64,000 bases of DNA from Chloroflexota bacterium (GCA_013112575.1 JABFGG010000021.1:15663-79662), one strand, 5' to 3'; positions 9,733 to 20,375 are shown, counted from the first letter of the stretch. A program made the numbers and translations. Notes: a model not told the origin generated them from the sequence alone.

Positions 9733-11184
9733 ATGGATCCCTTGCGGGTGCTATTCATCTCTGCTGAAGCTGTCCCTTTTGTTAAAGTGGGCGGTCTTGC
9801 TGACGTAGCCGGTTCATTACCCAAAGCCCTACGTGCTTTGCAAGAAGCCCCCGATGTGCGTCTGGCAGTGCCCTTATACGGGCAGATCAACCGCAAAGGC
9901 CTCGACCTGGAGCTAGTCGCCGATTTCACCATCCCACATGACTACGGCCCCATGCCGACGCGCGTGTACCTGACGCAGGTGGATGACTTGCCCGTTTATC
10001 TGATGGAAGGGCCACCCATCAACCCCCGCGACCCGATCTACTCCCATGATGCCCGTGAGAACGGCGCCAAGTTCACTTTTTTCTCGCTCGCTGCATTGGA
10101 ACTGCCGCGTTACATCGATTGGCAACCACATGTCCTGCATGCCCATGACTGGCACACGGCTCCGGCAGTGTATTGCGTGGCTTCTAACCGTAAGGGTGAA
10201 GATGACTATTACGATCAATTAGCGACCTTGCTTACGGTCCACAACTTGCCATTCCTGGGTGTGGGCGCGGGACCATCAATGGGGGCCTTTGGTTTAGAGG
10301 CTGCCAGCGGCTCGCCATTACCGGATTGGGCAGAGCACATGCCTCTACCTTTGGGATTATTGACGGCAGATCACATCAATGCTGTGTCTCCAGGTTATGC
10401 TGCCGAGATGCTCACCCCTGAATTTAGTTCTAACCTGCACGATTTCCTGGCCTCTCGGAAAGACACGCTTTCCGGCATCCTCAATGGTCTGGACGTCGAG
10501 CGCTGGGACCCGGCAATAGATGCTGCATTGCATAAGAACTTTGATGAAGACAGCCTCAACGACCGTACAGAAAATAAACTGAGTTTGCAAAGCGAACTTT
10601 CCTTTGGGGCCAATACGCGTATTCCTTTGCTTGCCATCATCTCCCGTATGGACCATCAAAAGGGCATCGACATTGCCCTGCAGGGACTAAAGCAGATCGC
10701 GGATAAGCCCTGGCGTGCTGTCATCCTGGGGACTGGGGCCCCTCATATTGAAGATGAAGCTAGGCAATTGAGCCGGGACTTTCCCGACAAAGTGCGCGTG
10801 ATCGTCGATTTTGACCGTGCCCTGGCGCGGCGAATCTATGCCGGTTCCGATGCTCTGTTAATCCCCTCGCGTTATGAGCCTTGCGGTCTTACCCAAATGA
10901 TCGCCATGCGCTACGGTAGTGTGCCGATCGCACGAGCCACGGGTGGCCTCAAGGACACGATCATCGATCATGATGCCGATGAAGTTGAGGGCAATGGTTT
11001 CTTGTTTGACGAAGCCACGCCGGAAGCTTTGGTGGACGCAATCGGTCGGGCCATGGACGTTTTCCATGACCAGAGACGGTGGCGGGCCATTCAGCGGCAC
11101 GGCATGAAACGCGATTTTTCCTGGGGCAAATCTGCAGGGGAGTATTACAATTTGTATAAATCTTTGGTAGAGAGGAAAAAATAG
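9733..11184 (+). CDS. glgA: Glycogen synthase
   Basis: KVGGLADV, HAHDWH, QKG, PSRYEPCGLTQM. Confidence 0.95.
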   Translation: MDPLRVLFISAEAVPFVKVGGLADVAGSLPKALRALQEAPDVRLAVPLYGQINRKGLDLELVADFTIPHDYGPMPTRVYLTQVDDLPVYLMEGPPINPRDPIYSHDARENGAKFTFFSLAALELPRYIDWQPHVLHAHDWHTAPAVYCVASNRKGEDDYYDQLATLLTVHNLPFLGVGAGPSMGAFGLEAASGSPLPDWAEHMPLPLGLLTADHINAVSPGYAAEMLTPEFSSNLHDFLASRKDTLSGILNGLDVERWDPAIDAALHKNFDEDSLNDRTENKLSLQSELSFGANTRIPLLAIISRMDHQKGIDIALQGLKQIADKPWRAVILGTGAPHIEDEARQLSRDFPDKVRVIVDFDRALARRIYAGSDALLIPSRYEPCGLTQMIAMRYGSVPIARATGGLKDTIIDHDADEVEGNGFLFDEATPEALVDAIGRAMDVFHDQRRWRAIQRHGMKRDFSWGKSAGEYYNLYKSLVERKK

Positions 11185-11265
11185 AAGTCCCAAGTCTGTA
11201 GTTTAATTTTGGCTATCCCAACATGCTACTTATGACTTCGGACTTTAGCCCCCGGACTTATTTCT

Positions 11266-12756
11266 ATGCAATATTCACGTTCCTCTGGCATCCTTTTGCA
11301 TCCCACCAGCCTGGCCAGTGCTTATGGTATCGGTGACCTGGGCCCCGAAGCTTATCGCTTTGTTGATTTCTTGAAACGAAGCGGTACGGGTTTGTGGCAA
11401 ATGCTGCCGCTTAATCCCACCGGCTACGGAGATTCCCCCTACCAGTCCTTTTCGGCTTTTGCTGGCAACCACTACCTCATCAGCCCGGAATTATTGATCG
11501 AAGATGGTTTGCTGGTACAGGAGGACTTGGCCGATTTGCCCAACTATCCTCCTGACCGTATATCTTTTGGCGATCTGATCCCCTGGAAAATGAAGATTTT
11601 GAAAGCGGCCAACCAACGCTTCTTAGACTCCAGTATCTTTCAAAGAGAAGTTGAGACTTTCAAGCAAGGAAATGAAGGGTGGCTTAGTGATTACGCCCTC
11701 TTCATGGCACTCAAAGATGCACATGGTGGTATACCTTGGACGGACTGGGAGCAGCCTTTACGCGAGAGGGAAAGCACAGCTCTGGAAGAAGCCAGAGCCA
11801 CCCATGCGGAAACGATTGCTGCGCATGAATTCTGGCAGTTCATCTTTTTCCGCCAATGGGAACAGTTGCACCAGTACGCCAAAGACAACGATGTCAAAAT
11901 GATCGGTGACATTCCCATCTACGTGGCGCACGACAGCGCCGATGTATGGGCCCACCCCGATATGTACTACCTTGATGAGGCAGGGCAACCAACAATGGTT
12001 GCCGGTGTGCCGCCGGATTATTTTTCGCCCACAGGACAGTTGTGGGGCAACCCCATCTATCGTTGGGATAAACATGCCGAAACAGGTTATGCCTGGTGGA
12101 TCAAGCGTTTCCGTGCTTCATTGGAACTGGTTGAAATTGTGCGTCTCGACCACTTTCGCGGTTTTGCAGGGTATTGGGCCGTGCCCGGTGAAGCTGAAAC
12201 TGCAGAAGGTGGGGAATGGATTCCCGGTCCTGGAGCGCATTTTTTTGAGGCTATCAAAGAAGCCTTGGGTGGCCTGCCGATCATTGCCGAAGACCTGGGC
12301 GAGATCACGCCTGATGTGATCGAATTGCGCGACCAGTTCGACCTTCCTGGGATGAAAATCTTGCAGTTTGCCTTCGATGGTGCCGCGGACCACCCCTTTT
12401 TACCGCATACCTATCCTGAGAACAGCACGGCATATACCGGCGTGCACGATAATGAAACGATACGCGGCTGGTATTTGGGAGCGAACGAACATAATAAAGA
12501 TATTGCTCGAAGATACCTTAGTGTCGATGGCAGTGACATCGCCTGGGATATGATCCGCTCTGCCTGGAACTCGCCAGCGGTTTATGCACTGGCCCAGATG
12601 CAGGACTTGCTCGACCTCGACAATTATGCGCGTATGAACTACCCTAGTACCCTCGGCGGTAACTGGCAGTGGCGCATGATGCCCGGTGTGCTGACCCCTG
12701 AACTGGAAAACAAATTGAGGGAGTTGAACCAGGTCACCAACCGGTTTAGCTCTTGA
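11266..12756 (+). CDS. malQ: 4-alpha-glucanotransferase (amylomaltase, GH77)
   Basis: GILLHPTSL, GVPPDYFSPTGQLWGNP, RLDHFRGF, AEDLG. Confidence 0.95.
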   Translation: MQYSRSSGILLHPTSLASAYGIGDLGPEAYRFVDFLKRSGTGLWQMLPLNPTGYGDSPYQSFSAFAGNHYLISPELLIEDGLLVQEDLADLPNYPPDRISFGDLIPWKMKILKAANQRFLDSSIFQREVETFKQGNEGWLSDYALFMALKDAHGGIPWTDWEQPLRERESTALEEARATHAETIAAHEFWQFIFFRQWEQLHQYAKDNDVKMIGDIPIYVAHDSADVWAHPDMYYLDEAGQPTMVAGVPPDYFSPTGQLWGNPIYRWDKHAETGYAWWIKRFRASLELVEIVRLDHFRGFAGYWAVPGEAETAEGGEWIPGPGAHFFEAIKEALGGLPIIAEDLGEITPDVIELRDQFDLPGMKILQFAFDGAADHPFLPHTYPENSTAYTGVHDNETIRGWYLGANEHNKDIARRYLSVDGSDIAWDMIRSAWNSPAVYALAQMQDLLDLDNYARMNYPSTLGGNWQWRMMPGVLTPELENKLRELNQVTNRFSS

Positions 12757-12767
12757 GTGCTTAAATG

Positions 12768-12797
12768 AAAAACGGACGGCCATTTGGCCGCCCGTTT
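12768..12797. terminator. Bidirectional intrinsic terminator
   Basis: aaacggacggcc-attt-ggccgcccgttt hairpin between convergent genes. Confidence 0.65.
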
Positions 12798-12804
12798 GCA
12801 TTTA

Positions 12805-13014
12805 CTACTTTTTCTCTTCCGCCTTTTCACCCGGTTTCCAGGTGGGCGCCCAGCGCTTGATCTGCTTTTGCGAAACTTTATTAGTCTTGCGGCAGCGTGG
12901 GCAATGTAAGTTGTAGTGATTGTGACCTTCATCGTGCATCTCATCCAGCGCAGCGTGGACGATTTCACGGTTCAGGTTGATGGGGGTGTTGCAGAAGGTG
13001 CAACGAATATTCAT
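12805..13014 (-). CDS. Small zinc-ribbon protein
   Basis: CTFC...CPRC; aaggag RBS upstream. Confidence 0.7.
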   Translation of the reverse strand: MNIRCTFCNTPINLNREIVHAALDEMHDEGHNHYNLHCPRCRKTNKVSQKQIKRWAPTWKPGEKAEEKK

Positions 13015-13181
13015 GATGTACTCCTTTTGAAGCGGCCAATTGCTGCTGTTTCATGATTACAATAAGCTTTGGCCGTGAGCATTGTACTCAAAACAGGTTG
13101 AGTATAGCATGCTTCAAATTACTGATGCGCTTTCCAATGTTATTCTTATGAGGTGAAAGCAAAAACTTCAAAAACCAGGAA

Positions 13182-14210
13182 GTGCCCATGAACTGGACCT
13201 CACCCGACCACTGGACCAAGATCACAGCCATAGATGCCCACACGGCGGGCGAACCCTTGCGCATCATCACCAGCGGTTTCCCTGAGTTGCCTGGTGATAC
13301 TATCCTTGCCAAACGCCAATATGCCAAGGAACATCACGATGGTCTACGACGGGCCTTGATGTGGGAACCGCGCGGACATGCAGATATGTATGGTTGCATC
13401 TTCACCGAGCCAGTCACTGAGGATGGGGATATGGGAGTACTCTTCCTGCACAATGAAGGCTTCAGTACCATGTGCGGACACGGCATCATCGGCATGGTCA
13501 AGGTGGGTGTGGAAACTGGCCTGCTACCCAAGCGCGGGCCGTTAACGGAAATCAAGATCGATACCCCCGCCGGACGCGTCACAGCCACGGCGCATATGCA
13601 GGGGGAGATTGTTGAGAAGGTTTCCTTCCTGAATGTGCCTTCGTTCGTGCTGGAAAAGGGCCTCAGTGTGGAGGTGGAAGGCTTGGGAGAAGTGCGTTAC
13701 TCGATTGCCTTTGGTGGCGCTTTTTATGCCTTTGTGGATGCTGACGCTGTGGCTGTAGATGTCTACTCTCAAAAACAGGCTCCCATAGCGGAAGTGGGTA
13801 TGCGTATAAAACGCGCCGTGATGGATTCCTACGTCATTCAGCACCCCCATGGCGACCCGGACCTGAATTTCCTCTACGGCACTATCTTCGTGAAGATGCT
13901 GGGGGATGGCGTACATTCACGCAACGTCTGCATCTTTGCAGAGGGTGAGGTTGACCGCTGCCCTACGGGTACCGGGGTGAGTGCCCGCGCCGCTATCCAT
14001 CATGCTGCGGGAGAACTGGGCCTGAATGAACGCGTCACCATCGAAAGCCTGATCGGGACGGCTTTTGACGTTCAGGTGGTTGAAGAAACTATGGTTGGAA
14101 ACCTGCCTGCGGTCATTCCCGAGGTGACCGGCACGGCGTACATCACAGGCATAAACACGCTTTTGATAGATCCCGACGACCCCTTGCGGGACGGGTTTAT
14201 ACTGCGCTAA
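13182..14210 (+). CDS. Proline racemase family, Cys/Thr type (probable trans-3-hydroxy-L-proline dehydratase)
   Basis: HTAGEPLR, EPRGH, MCGHG, DRCPTGTG. Confidence 0.85.
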   Translation: MPMNWTSPDHWTKITAIDAHTAGEPLRIITSGFPELPGDTILAKRQYAKEHHDGLRRALMWEPRGHADMYGCIFTEPVTEDGDMGVLFLHNEGFSTMCGHGIIGMVKVGVETGLLPKRGPLTEIKIDTPAGRVTATAHMQGEIVEKVSFLNVPSFVLEKGLSVEVEGLGEVRYSIAFGGAFYAFVDADAVAVDVYSQKQAPIAEVGMRIKRAVMDSYVIQHPHGDPDLNFLYGTIFVKMLGDGVHSRNVCIFAEGEVDRCPTGTGVSARAAIHHAAGELGLNERVTIESLIGTAFDVQVVEETMVGNLPAVIPEVTGTAYITGINTLLIDPDDPLRDGFILR

Positions 14211-14347
14211 GTATGTGTTTTTTGCGGGTGATTTGTGCATTTCTTGACAAAGCCCAACTGCCCGACTACAATCAAACCCGCACAACTAATTTCGTCTTTT
14301 TGCGTCCCAGACGCATTTTCACCAACCAACTTAGATAGGAGACCATA

Positions 14348-14956
14348 ATGGCATTTGAACTACCTGCCCTGCCGTATGCCCATGATGCATTAGAACCACA
14401 TATCGATGCCCGCACCATGGAGATCCATCATGGCAAACACCACCAGGCTTATACCAACAACCTCAACGCGGCCATCGAGAAACACCCCGAGCTGGCCGAT
14501 AAGTCTGCCGACGACCTTGTCAAAGACCTGAGCAGCCTTCCCGAAGATATCCGCACCGCTGTGCGCAACAATGGCGGCGGCTTTGTGAACCATCGCGATT
14601 TCTGGACAGCCATGTCACCCGATGGCGGCGGCGAACCCAGCGGCGCGCTGGCCGATGCCATCAATGCTGCCTTTGGCGATTTTGCCAGTTTCAAAGATGC
14701 TTTCAGCAAAGCCGGTGGCGGCCAATTTGGCAGCGGCTGGGGCTGGCTGGTCAAAAAGAGCGACGGCAGTGTGGCTGTGACTGGGACCGCCAACCAGGAT
14801 AACCCCATGTCGGATGGCGATACACCTTTACTGGGTGTGGATGTGTGGGAACACGCCTATTATTTGAACTACCAGAACCGCCGCCCCGACTACATTGCAG
14901 CCTTCTTCAACGTGGTTAACTGGGATGAAGTTGGCCGCCGATTTGATGCCAGTTAG
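14348..14956 (+). CDS. sodA: Superoxide dismutase, Mn/Fe family (Mn-type signatures)
   Basis: [24 protein letters not shown]. Confidence 0.9.
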   Translation: MAFELPALPYAHDALEPHIDARTMEIHHGKHHQAYTNNLNAAIEKHPELADKSADDLVKDLSSLPEDIRTAVRNNGGGFVNHRDFWTAMSPDGGGEPSGALADAINAAFGDFASFKDAFSKAGGGQFGSGWGWLVKKSDGSVAVTGTANQDNPMSDGDTPLLGVDVWEHAYYLNYQNRRPDYIAAFFNVVNWDEVGRRFDAS

Positions 14957-14991
14957 CGTATAATACGCACAAATCACGGAGGATTTGATAC

Positions 14992-15423
14992 ATGACTCAC
15001 ATCATCACAAGTTTGTGTTTGCGCGACGGTGGTTGCGTGGACGTCTGCCCGGTAGAGTGTATCGTTCCGGGTAAACCCCAGGAGCAATGGCCCTGGTACT
15101 ACATTGACCCCGATACCTGCATTGATTGCGGCGCATGCATCCCCGAATGCCCCTACGAGGCCATCTTCACAGAAGATGAAACCCCGGATGCATATGAAGC
15201 CACTGGTGGCGAATATCAGAGCATGCCTGCTGGTACTGCTGGTTTTGAGACTGCTTACGCAGGCGAAGACCATCACGGTCGTGAAGTCCAGTTGGCCTCC
15301 ACCAAGGTTTTGGAAGCCGGCGAAGTTGTTGACTTGACTGCTGATATCAAGCCCAACTACGACTTCTTCGAAGGTGATGCCCCTGGTTATTGGGACGGCT
15401 GGACGGATTTCGTCAATCCCTAG
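14992..15423 (+). CDS. Dicluster ferredoxin with C-terminal extension
   Basis: CVDVCPVECI and CIDCGACIPECP. Confidence 0.85.
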   Translation: MTHIITSLCLRDGGCVDVCPVECIVPGKPQEQWPWYYIDPDTCIDCGACIPECPYEAIFTEDETPDAYEATGGEYQSMPAGTAGFETAYAGEDHHGREVQLASTKVLEAGEVVDLTADIKPNYDFFEGDAPGYWDGWTDFVNP

Positions 15424-15444
15424 CCTATAGACACTATACTGAAG

Positions 15445-15475
15445 AAAAGAGGAAGCCATTTAGCTTCCTCTTTTT
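15445..15475 (+). terminator. Intrinsic terminator
   Basis: aaaagaggaagc-cattta-gcttcctc-ttttt. Confidence 0.8.
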
Positions 15476-15600
15476 GTTGTCTCATGGACAATCATCCAGG
15501 GATATTGAGGACATCTGCACCTTTTATTACCTTGATAAATCCGCTATCTTCAATATATAAGCAGTTTTGCCTGGATGGATTTTAGCGTTTAGGAGTTCTC

Positions 15601-16473
15601 ATGCAAGACCTTACCCAACAATTTCTTGAGCTAGTGCGTTTGGCAGCTACCAGCTTGCCCCCCGATGTTGAAAAAGCTCTGGGGGAAGCCGTGGAGCGCG
15701 AGGAAGAAGGTTCCGCTGCCAAAGGCGCTCTGGACACGATCCTGACCAATGTTGAGATGGCGCGCGAGAATGCCACCCCCATTTGCCAGGATACCGGCAC
15801 ACCCATCTTTTACGTGCATTATCCTGAAGGCTGGAGCACACGCAAGCTCAAGCAACAGATTCGTGATGCGGTGGTCGAAGCGACTAAAAAATCTTATCTG
15901 CGGCCCAATGCAGTTGATTCAATTACCGGGACGAACACAGGCGATAACCTCGGGGATGAACACTATCCCACTATCCATTTTGAAGAGGTGGATGGCGATA
16001 CGTTGACCGTTGAGTTGATGCTCAAAGGGGGCGGCTGTGAGAATGTGGGCGCGCAGTACAAATTGCCAGATGCAAAATTGGGCGCAGGGCGTGACCTGGA
16101 AGGTGTTCGCAGGGCGGCGCTGGATGCCGTGTACCAGGCACAGGGTAAAGGCTGCGCACCGGGCATCCTGGGTATTGCTGTAGGCGGTGACCGTGGCTCT
16201 TCTTTCCTGGCATCCAAAGAGGCTTTGCTGCGTACGATTGACGACAACAACCCTAATCCCCAATTGGATGAGCTGGAAAAGACCATCACCAAGGAAGCCA
16301 ACCAATTGGGCATCGGGCCGATGGGCTTTGGCGGCCAGACAACCGTGATCGATACCAAGATCAAAGCCGCACACCGTTTACCGGCCAGTTATTTTGTGTC
16401 GGTGTCTTACATGTGTTGGGCTTATCGCCGCCGCAAGATGACTATTAACGGTGATGAAGTCATTTACGCTTGA
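15601..16473 (+). CDS. Class I fumarate hydratase, alpha (N-terminal) subunit
   Basis: PICQDTG, KGGGCEN, GIGPMGFGG, HRLPAS. Confidence 0.9.
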   Translation: MQDLTQQFLELVRLAATSLPPDVEKALGEAVEREEEGSAAKGALDTILTNVEMARENATPICQDTGTPIFYVHYPEGWSTRKLKQQIRDAVVEATKKSYLRPNAVDSITGTNTGDNLGDEHYPTIHFEEVDGDTLTVELMLKGGGCENVGAQYKLPDAKLGAGRDLEGVRRAALDAVYQAQGKGCAPGILGIAVGGDRGSSFLASKEALLRTIDDNNPNPQLDELEKTITKEANQLGIGPMGFGGQTTVIDTKIKAAHRLPASYFVSVSYMCWAYRRRKMTINGDEVIYA

Positions 16474-16483
16474 GGAGGATAAG

Positions 16484-17107
16484 ATGATTAAATTAACTAC
16501 CCCTATTGCAGACGATCAAATCCGCGCCCTCAAGGTCGGTGATACGGTTTCTCTGAATGGCACCATTCTGACTGGCCGCGATGCGGTGCACAAATGGATG
16601 ATCGACATCTTTATTGAAAAGAACTATGCTCCAGAGGGGGATGACCAGGAAGTTTATGAGTCCATCAAGCCCATGCTGGAGGGTGGCGTGATCTATCATT
16701 GCGGGCCGGTAGTATCAGGTTTAGATACAGGTGATTACAAGTTCGTGGCCGCCGGACCGACCACCAGTATCCGCGAAGAACCCTACCAGGGCCGTGTGAT
16801 GGAGCACTTCAACATCAAGGGCGTGATCGGCAAAGGTGGCATGGGACCCAAGACGCTGGCGGCCTGCCAGGAAAACCCCGGTGTGTATCTGCATGCCATT
16901 GGTGGGGCAGCTTCGCTGATCGCTCAATCGGTCAAACAGGTTACTGGCGTGTACAAGTTGGACTTTGGTGTGCCTGAGGCTATCTGGGTCCTGGAGGTTG
17001 AGGACTTTCCGGTGGTCGTGACGATGGACAGTCACGGTAACAGCCTGCATGATGAGATCGAAAGCCGTTCACAGGAAGTCTTGGAAGAATTGCTCGCCAA
17101 AGCTTGA
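16484..17107 (+). CDS. Class I fumarate hydratase, beta (C-terminal) subunit
   Basis: TGRDAVH, YHCGP, AGPTTSIREE, GKGGM. Confidence 0.9.
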   Translation: MIKLTTPIADDQIRALKVGDTVSLNGTILTGRDAVHKWMIDIFIEKNYAPEGDDQEVYESIKPMLEGGVIYHCGPVVSGLDTGDYKFVAAGPTTSIREEPYQGRVMEHFNIKGVIGKGGMGPKTLAACQENPGVYLHAIGGAASLIAQSVKQVTGVYKLDFGVPEAIWVLEVEDFPVVVTMDSHGNSLHDEIESRSQEVLEELLAKA

Positions 17108-17133
17108 CCCATACCAATACACCGCGATAACAT

Positions 17134-17159
17134 AGCCGCTGGATTAGCCAGCGGCTTTT
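17134..17159 (+). terminator. Intrinsic terminator
   Basis: agccgctgg-attag-ccagcggct-ttt. Confidence 0.7.
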
Positions 17160-17207
17160 CCTTATTAAATCGAACCCATTAGAAGGAAATTATTGGAGGC
17201 CCCTCCC

Positions 17208-18647
17208 GTGACCAACCCTGCAACCCGCACAGAAAAAGATTCCCTCGGTGATGTCCAGGTCCCTGCCGACGCCCTTTATGGCGCGCAAACCCAGCGTGCT
17301 GTGCTCAATTTCCCTGTTTCCGGCCTTAAACCCTGGCGCGCCTTCATTTGGAGCATAGCCGCCATCAAACGCGCTGCTGCCGATGTCAATGGTGGGCTGG
17401 GCTTGCTTGATGCAGATAAGGCGGAAGCGATTGCTAAAGCGGGGGAAGAGGTAATGGAGGGTAAATGGGATGAAAACTTTGTGGTTGATCCCTTCCAGGC
17501 CGGGGCAGGCACCAGCCATAACATGAACACCAACGAGGTCATGGCCAACCGCGCAACCCAGATCCTTGGCGGTGAGATTGGCAATTACATCGCTCACCCC
17601 AACGACCATGTCAACATGGCCCAGTCCACAAATGACACCATTCCCACAGCTATTCGTTTGGGCTGCTTGTGGCGGCTGGATGAGTTGCTGGGAGTAGTCA
17701 CTGGTCTGGCAGATGCCCTGGATGATAAAGCCAAAGAGTTTGATGATGTCGTCAAATCGGGTCGTACCCATTTGCAGGATGCTGTCCCTGTGCGATTGGG
17801 GCAGGAGTTTGGTGGTTACGCTAAAGCGGTGCGCCGCGATGGTGAGCGTATCCAGCGCGCCGCTGAGGGTTTGCGCCGTTTAGGCATCGGTGGCACGGCC
17901 ACCGGTACGGGCTTGAACGCCCATCCTGAATATCACGAGCGCATGGTCAAGCGACTCGGTGAGATCACGGGCCTGGAACTGCAAACTTCGGATAACTTAT
18001 TTGAAAGCATGCAATCATTGGCAGACGCGGCTGATTTCTCAGCATCCATCCGCACGTTGGCGATTACAGTAACGCGCATCGCCAACGACATTCGTCTATT
18101 GTCTTCTGGGCCATCCACCGGCCTGGCTGAGATCCAGTTGCCTGCCGTGCAGCCGGGTTCCAGCATAATGCCCGGCAAGGTCAACCCCGTGCTGGCCGAG
18201 ATGACCAATCAGGCCATGTTCCACGTGCAGGGTTGTGATTTAGCTGTATCCTTGTCGGCGCAGGCGGGACAGCTTGAACTTAATGTGATGATGCCTGTCA
18301 TCGCCCACAACCTTTTTGAGATGATGCAGGTCATGATTGGCACTTTGCGGGCCTTTACGGAAAAATGCATTGTGGGTATCACCGCCAACAAAGACAAGGC
18401 GGAGGGCTGGCTATCCAGGAACGCCATTGTCGTGACGGCCCTCAACCCGGTGATCGGTTACCAGGCTGGCGCTGAGATGGTCAAACAGGCCATCAAGGAA
18501 GACCGCACGGTTGGCGAAGTTACTGTGGAAAAAGCACAGGCCGGTGAACTAAAGCACGTTAGCGAAGACCGCCAGGTAAGCCCTGAAGAGATCGAAGCGG
18601 CCCTCAGCGACCTGCGTAAACTGACCGAGGGTGGCATCATTAAATAA
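17208..18647 (+). CDS. Aspartate ammonia-lyase / class II fumarate hydratase family
   Basis: GSSIMPGKVNP signature. QAGAGTS, QSTND and GQLELNVM lean towards aspartase. Confidence 0.85.
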   Translation: MTNPATRTEKDSLGDVQVPADALYGAQTQRAVLNFPVSGLKPWRAFIWSIAAIKRAAADVNGGLGLLDADKAEAIAKAGEEVMEGKWDENFVVDPFQAGAGTSHNMNTNEVMANRATQILGGEIGNYIAHPNDHVNMAQSTNDTIPTAIRLGCLWRLDELLGVVTGLADALDDKAKEFDDVVKSGRTHLQDAVPVRLGQEFGGYAKAVRRDGERIQRAAEGLRRLGIGGTATGTGLNAHPEYHERMVKRLGEITGLELQTSDNLFESMQSLADAADFSASIRTLAITVTRIANDIRLLSSGPSTGLAEIQLPAVQPGSSIMPGKVNPVLAEMTNQAMFHVQGCDLAVSLSAQAGQLELNVMMPVIAHNLFEMMQVMIGTLRAFTEKCIVGITANKDKAEGWLSRNAIVVTALNPVIGYQAGAEMVKQAIKEDRTVGEVTVEKAQAGELKHVSEDRQVSPEEIEAALSDLRKLTEGGIIK

Positions 18648-18728
18648 AACCCATTCTTACACCTTTGTAGGGCGAATGTCTGAAGCTGTTACGACATTCG
18701 CCCTTTTCTTTTGCTATAATTCTAGCTA

Positions 18729-19346
18729 ATGAGCGACGAATTCTTTTATCCAAACGTGTGGGGCCTCAGCATTTTGTTGGCGCTTGAAGAGATCCTCGGC
18801 AAGAATGGCGTGTCTGCCGCCCTGAACCTGGCCGGCTTAACGCATTACGTAAACAACTACCCCCCGGATAACATCAAAAAAGAATTTCCTTTTGAGGCTG
18901 TGTCCAAGCTGCAACAGGCCTTGTGGGATATGAACGGCTCGCGCGGCGCGCAGGTCTTAGCCGTGCGCAGCGGCGAATCGACCTTTACCTATTCTCTTGA
19001 GAAGTTTGGCAAGGTGCAACAGGCTGCGGCCGCAGCTATGAAAGTCGGCACCAAGCACATGCGTATCAAGGCGGGTTTGCTTTTCTTTGCCAAATTCTTC
19101 AACGCCGTCAGCGACCAGCAGGTGCGCGTGGATGAGGATGACACCCACTGGCTGTGGGTCATCGAACGCTGCCCTATGTGCTGGCAGCGCACAACGGATG
19201 AACCGGTTTGCCTGCTGGGCGTGGGTGTGCTTAATGCTGCTACCAAATGGGCCACCAGTGGCGACCAGTTCCGCATCAAGGCTGTACAGTGTATCGGCAT
19301 GGGGGCTGAAGAAGGCATCATCAAGATCGAAAAGCCGAGTGGCTGA
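18729..19346 (+). CDS. V4R domain protein
   Basis: CPMC...EPVC...QCIGMG; TATAAT at 18715-18720 just upstream. Confidence 0.8.
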   Translation: MSDEFFYPNVWGLSILLALEEILGKNGVSAALNLAGLTHYVNNYPPDNIKKEFPFEAVSKLQQALWDMNGSRGAQVLAVRSGESTFTYSLEKFGKVQQAAAAAMKVGTKHMRIKAGLLFFAKFFNAVSDQQVRVDEDDTHWLWVIERCPMCWQRTTDEPVCLLGVGVLNAATKWATSGDQFRIKAVQCIGMGAEEGIIKIEKPSG

Positions 19347-19608
19347 TCCCACCCCGATAAAACAAGTACGTAACATAGGTCCTAAAACCGCCGAATGGCT
19401 TGAAGCCATTGGTATATTTACTTTCGAAGACCTCGAACGCCTGGGTGCCATTGAGGCTTATAAACTTTTGGTAGAACGTTACCCACACAAAGTTTCGATG
19501 AACGCCTTATGGGGTTTGCAAGGAGCGTTGATAGGTATACCCTGGAACGAAATCTCTCCTGTGGTGAAAGATAAATTGAAGGCTGAGTTAGAAGAATCCG
19601 GTTCGTAG
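19339..19608 (+). CDS. TfoX/Sxy C-terminal domain protein
   Basis: NIGPKTAEWLEAIGI...LGAIEAY...LWGLQGAL; GTG start overlapping the previous gene. Confidence 0.8.
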   Translation: MADPTPIKQVRNIGPKTAEWLEAIGIFTFEDLERLGAIEAYKLLVERYPHKVSMNALWGLQGALIGIPWNEISPVVKDKLKAELEESGS

Positions 19609-19654
19609 AGGCAACGCATGCGTTGCTCCTACTGTGTACGATGAAAGGTTTAAT

Positions 19655-20164
19655 ATGATCTCAGAAGTTGAACAATATCTAACCATGATCGAAGACCTGC
19701 GCGCCCAGATCGCAGATCAGGTGCGTGACATGTCTGCCGAAGCCCTAAATTGGAAACCCATCGAAGGAGAAGGCGAGCGTGCAACTAATTCGTTGGCAGT
19801 GCTGGCTGTGCACGTAGCAGGCGCAGAGCATTTCTGGATCGGTGAGTTCGTAGGCAAACTGCCGCCCACCCGCGACCGTGATGCGGAATTCAGGACGGTG
19901 GTGGATTCGCCCCAGCCGTGCCTGGATGCTTTGGAGGCTGTGGGCATCGAGACACGCGAAATCCTGAGCAAGCTCACTCCAGAAGAACTGGATGAAGTAC
20001 GGGAAGTGAGAGGCAAGCAAGTGGCAGTGCGCTGGGGCATCCTGCACGTTATCGACCATACGGCCTTGCATTTAGGGCATATGCAAATCACTTATCAACT
20101 GTGGAATGAAGGTAAGGCCAATCCCATGCCACGCTGGTTCGAGCGGGTGGGGGCTGGTAAATAG
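19655..20164 (+). CDS. DinB/DUF664 family protein
   Basis: NSLAVLAVHVAGAE, RDRDAEF, HVIDHTALHLGH. Confidence 0.8.
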   Translation: MISEVEQYLTMIEDLRAQIADQVRDMSAEALNWKPIEGEGERATNSLAVLAVHVAGAEHFWIGEFVGKLPPTRDRDAEFRTVVDSPQPCLDALEAVGIETREILSKLTPEELDEVREVRGKQVAVRWGILHVIDHTALHLGHMQITYQLWNEGKANPMPRWFERVGAGK

Positions 20165-20375
20165 TAATTACTCACGCTAAGAACGCCAAGTTCGCAAAGC
20201 TATTCCGGATTCCCTAATCTCGAATCTCTATTCTTATTTTCCTCTGTGTCTCTGTGGTTAAATCTTTTTCACAAAAATTCGTGTAATTAATCCATTGGTG
20301 TCATTCGTGATTAACTCCTCACCTCAGTAATAAAGCTCCTTGACGCAAACGCATTTCCCCTTTAGGCTTTAGTCC

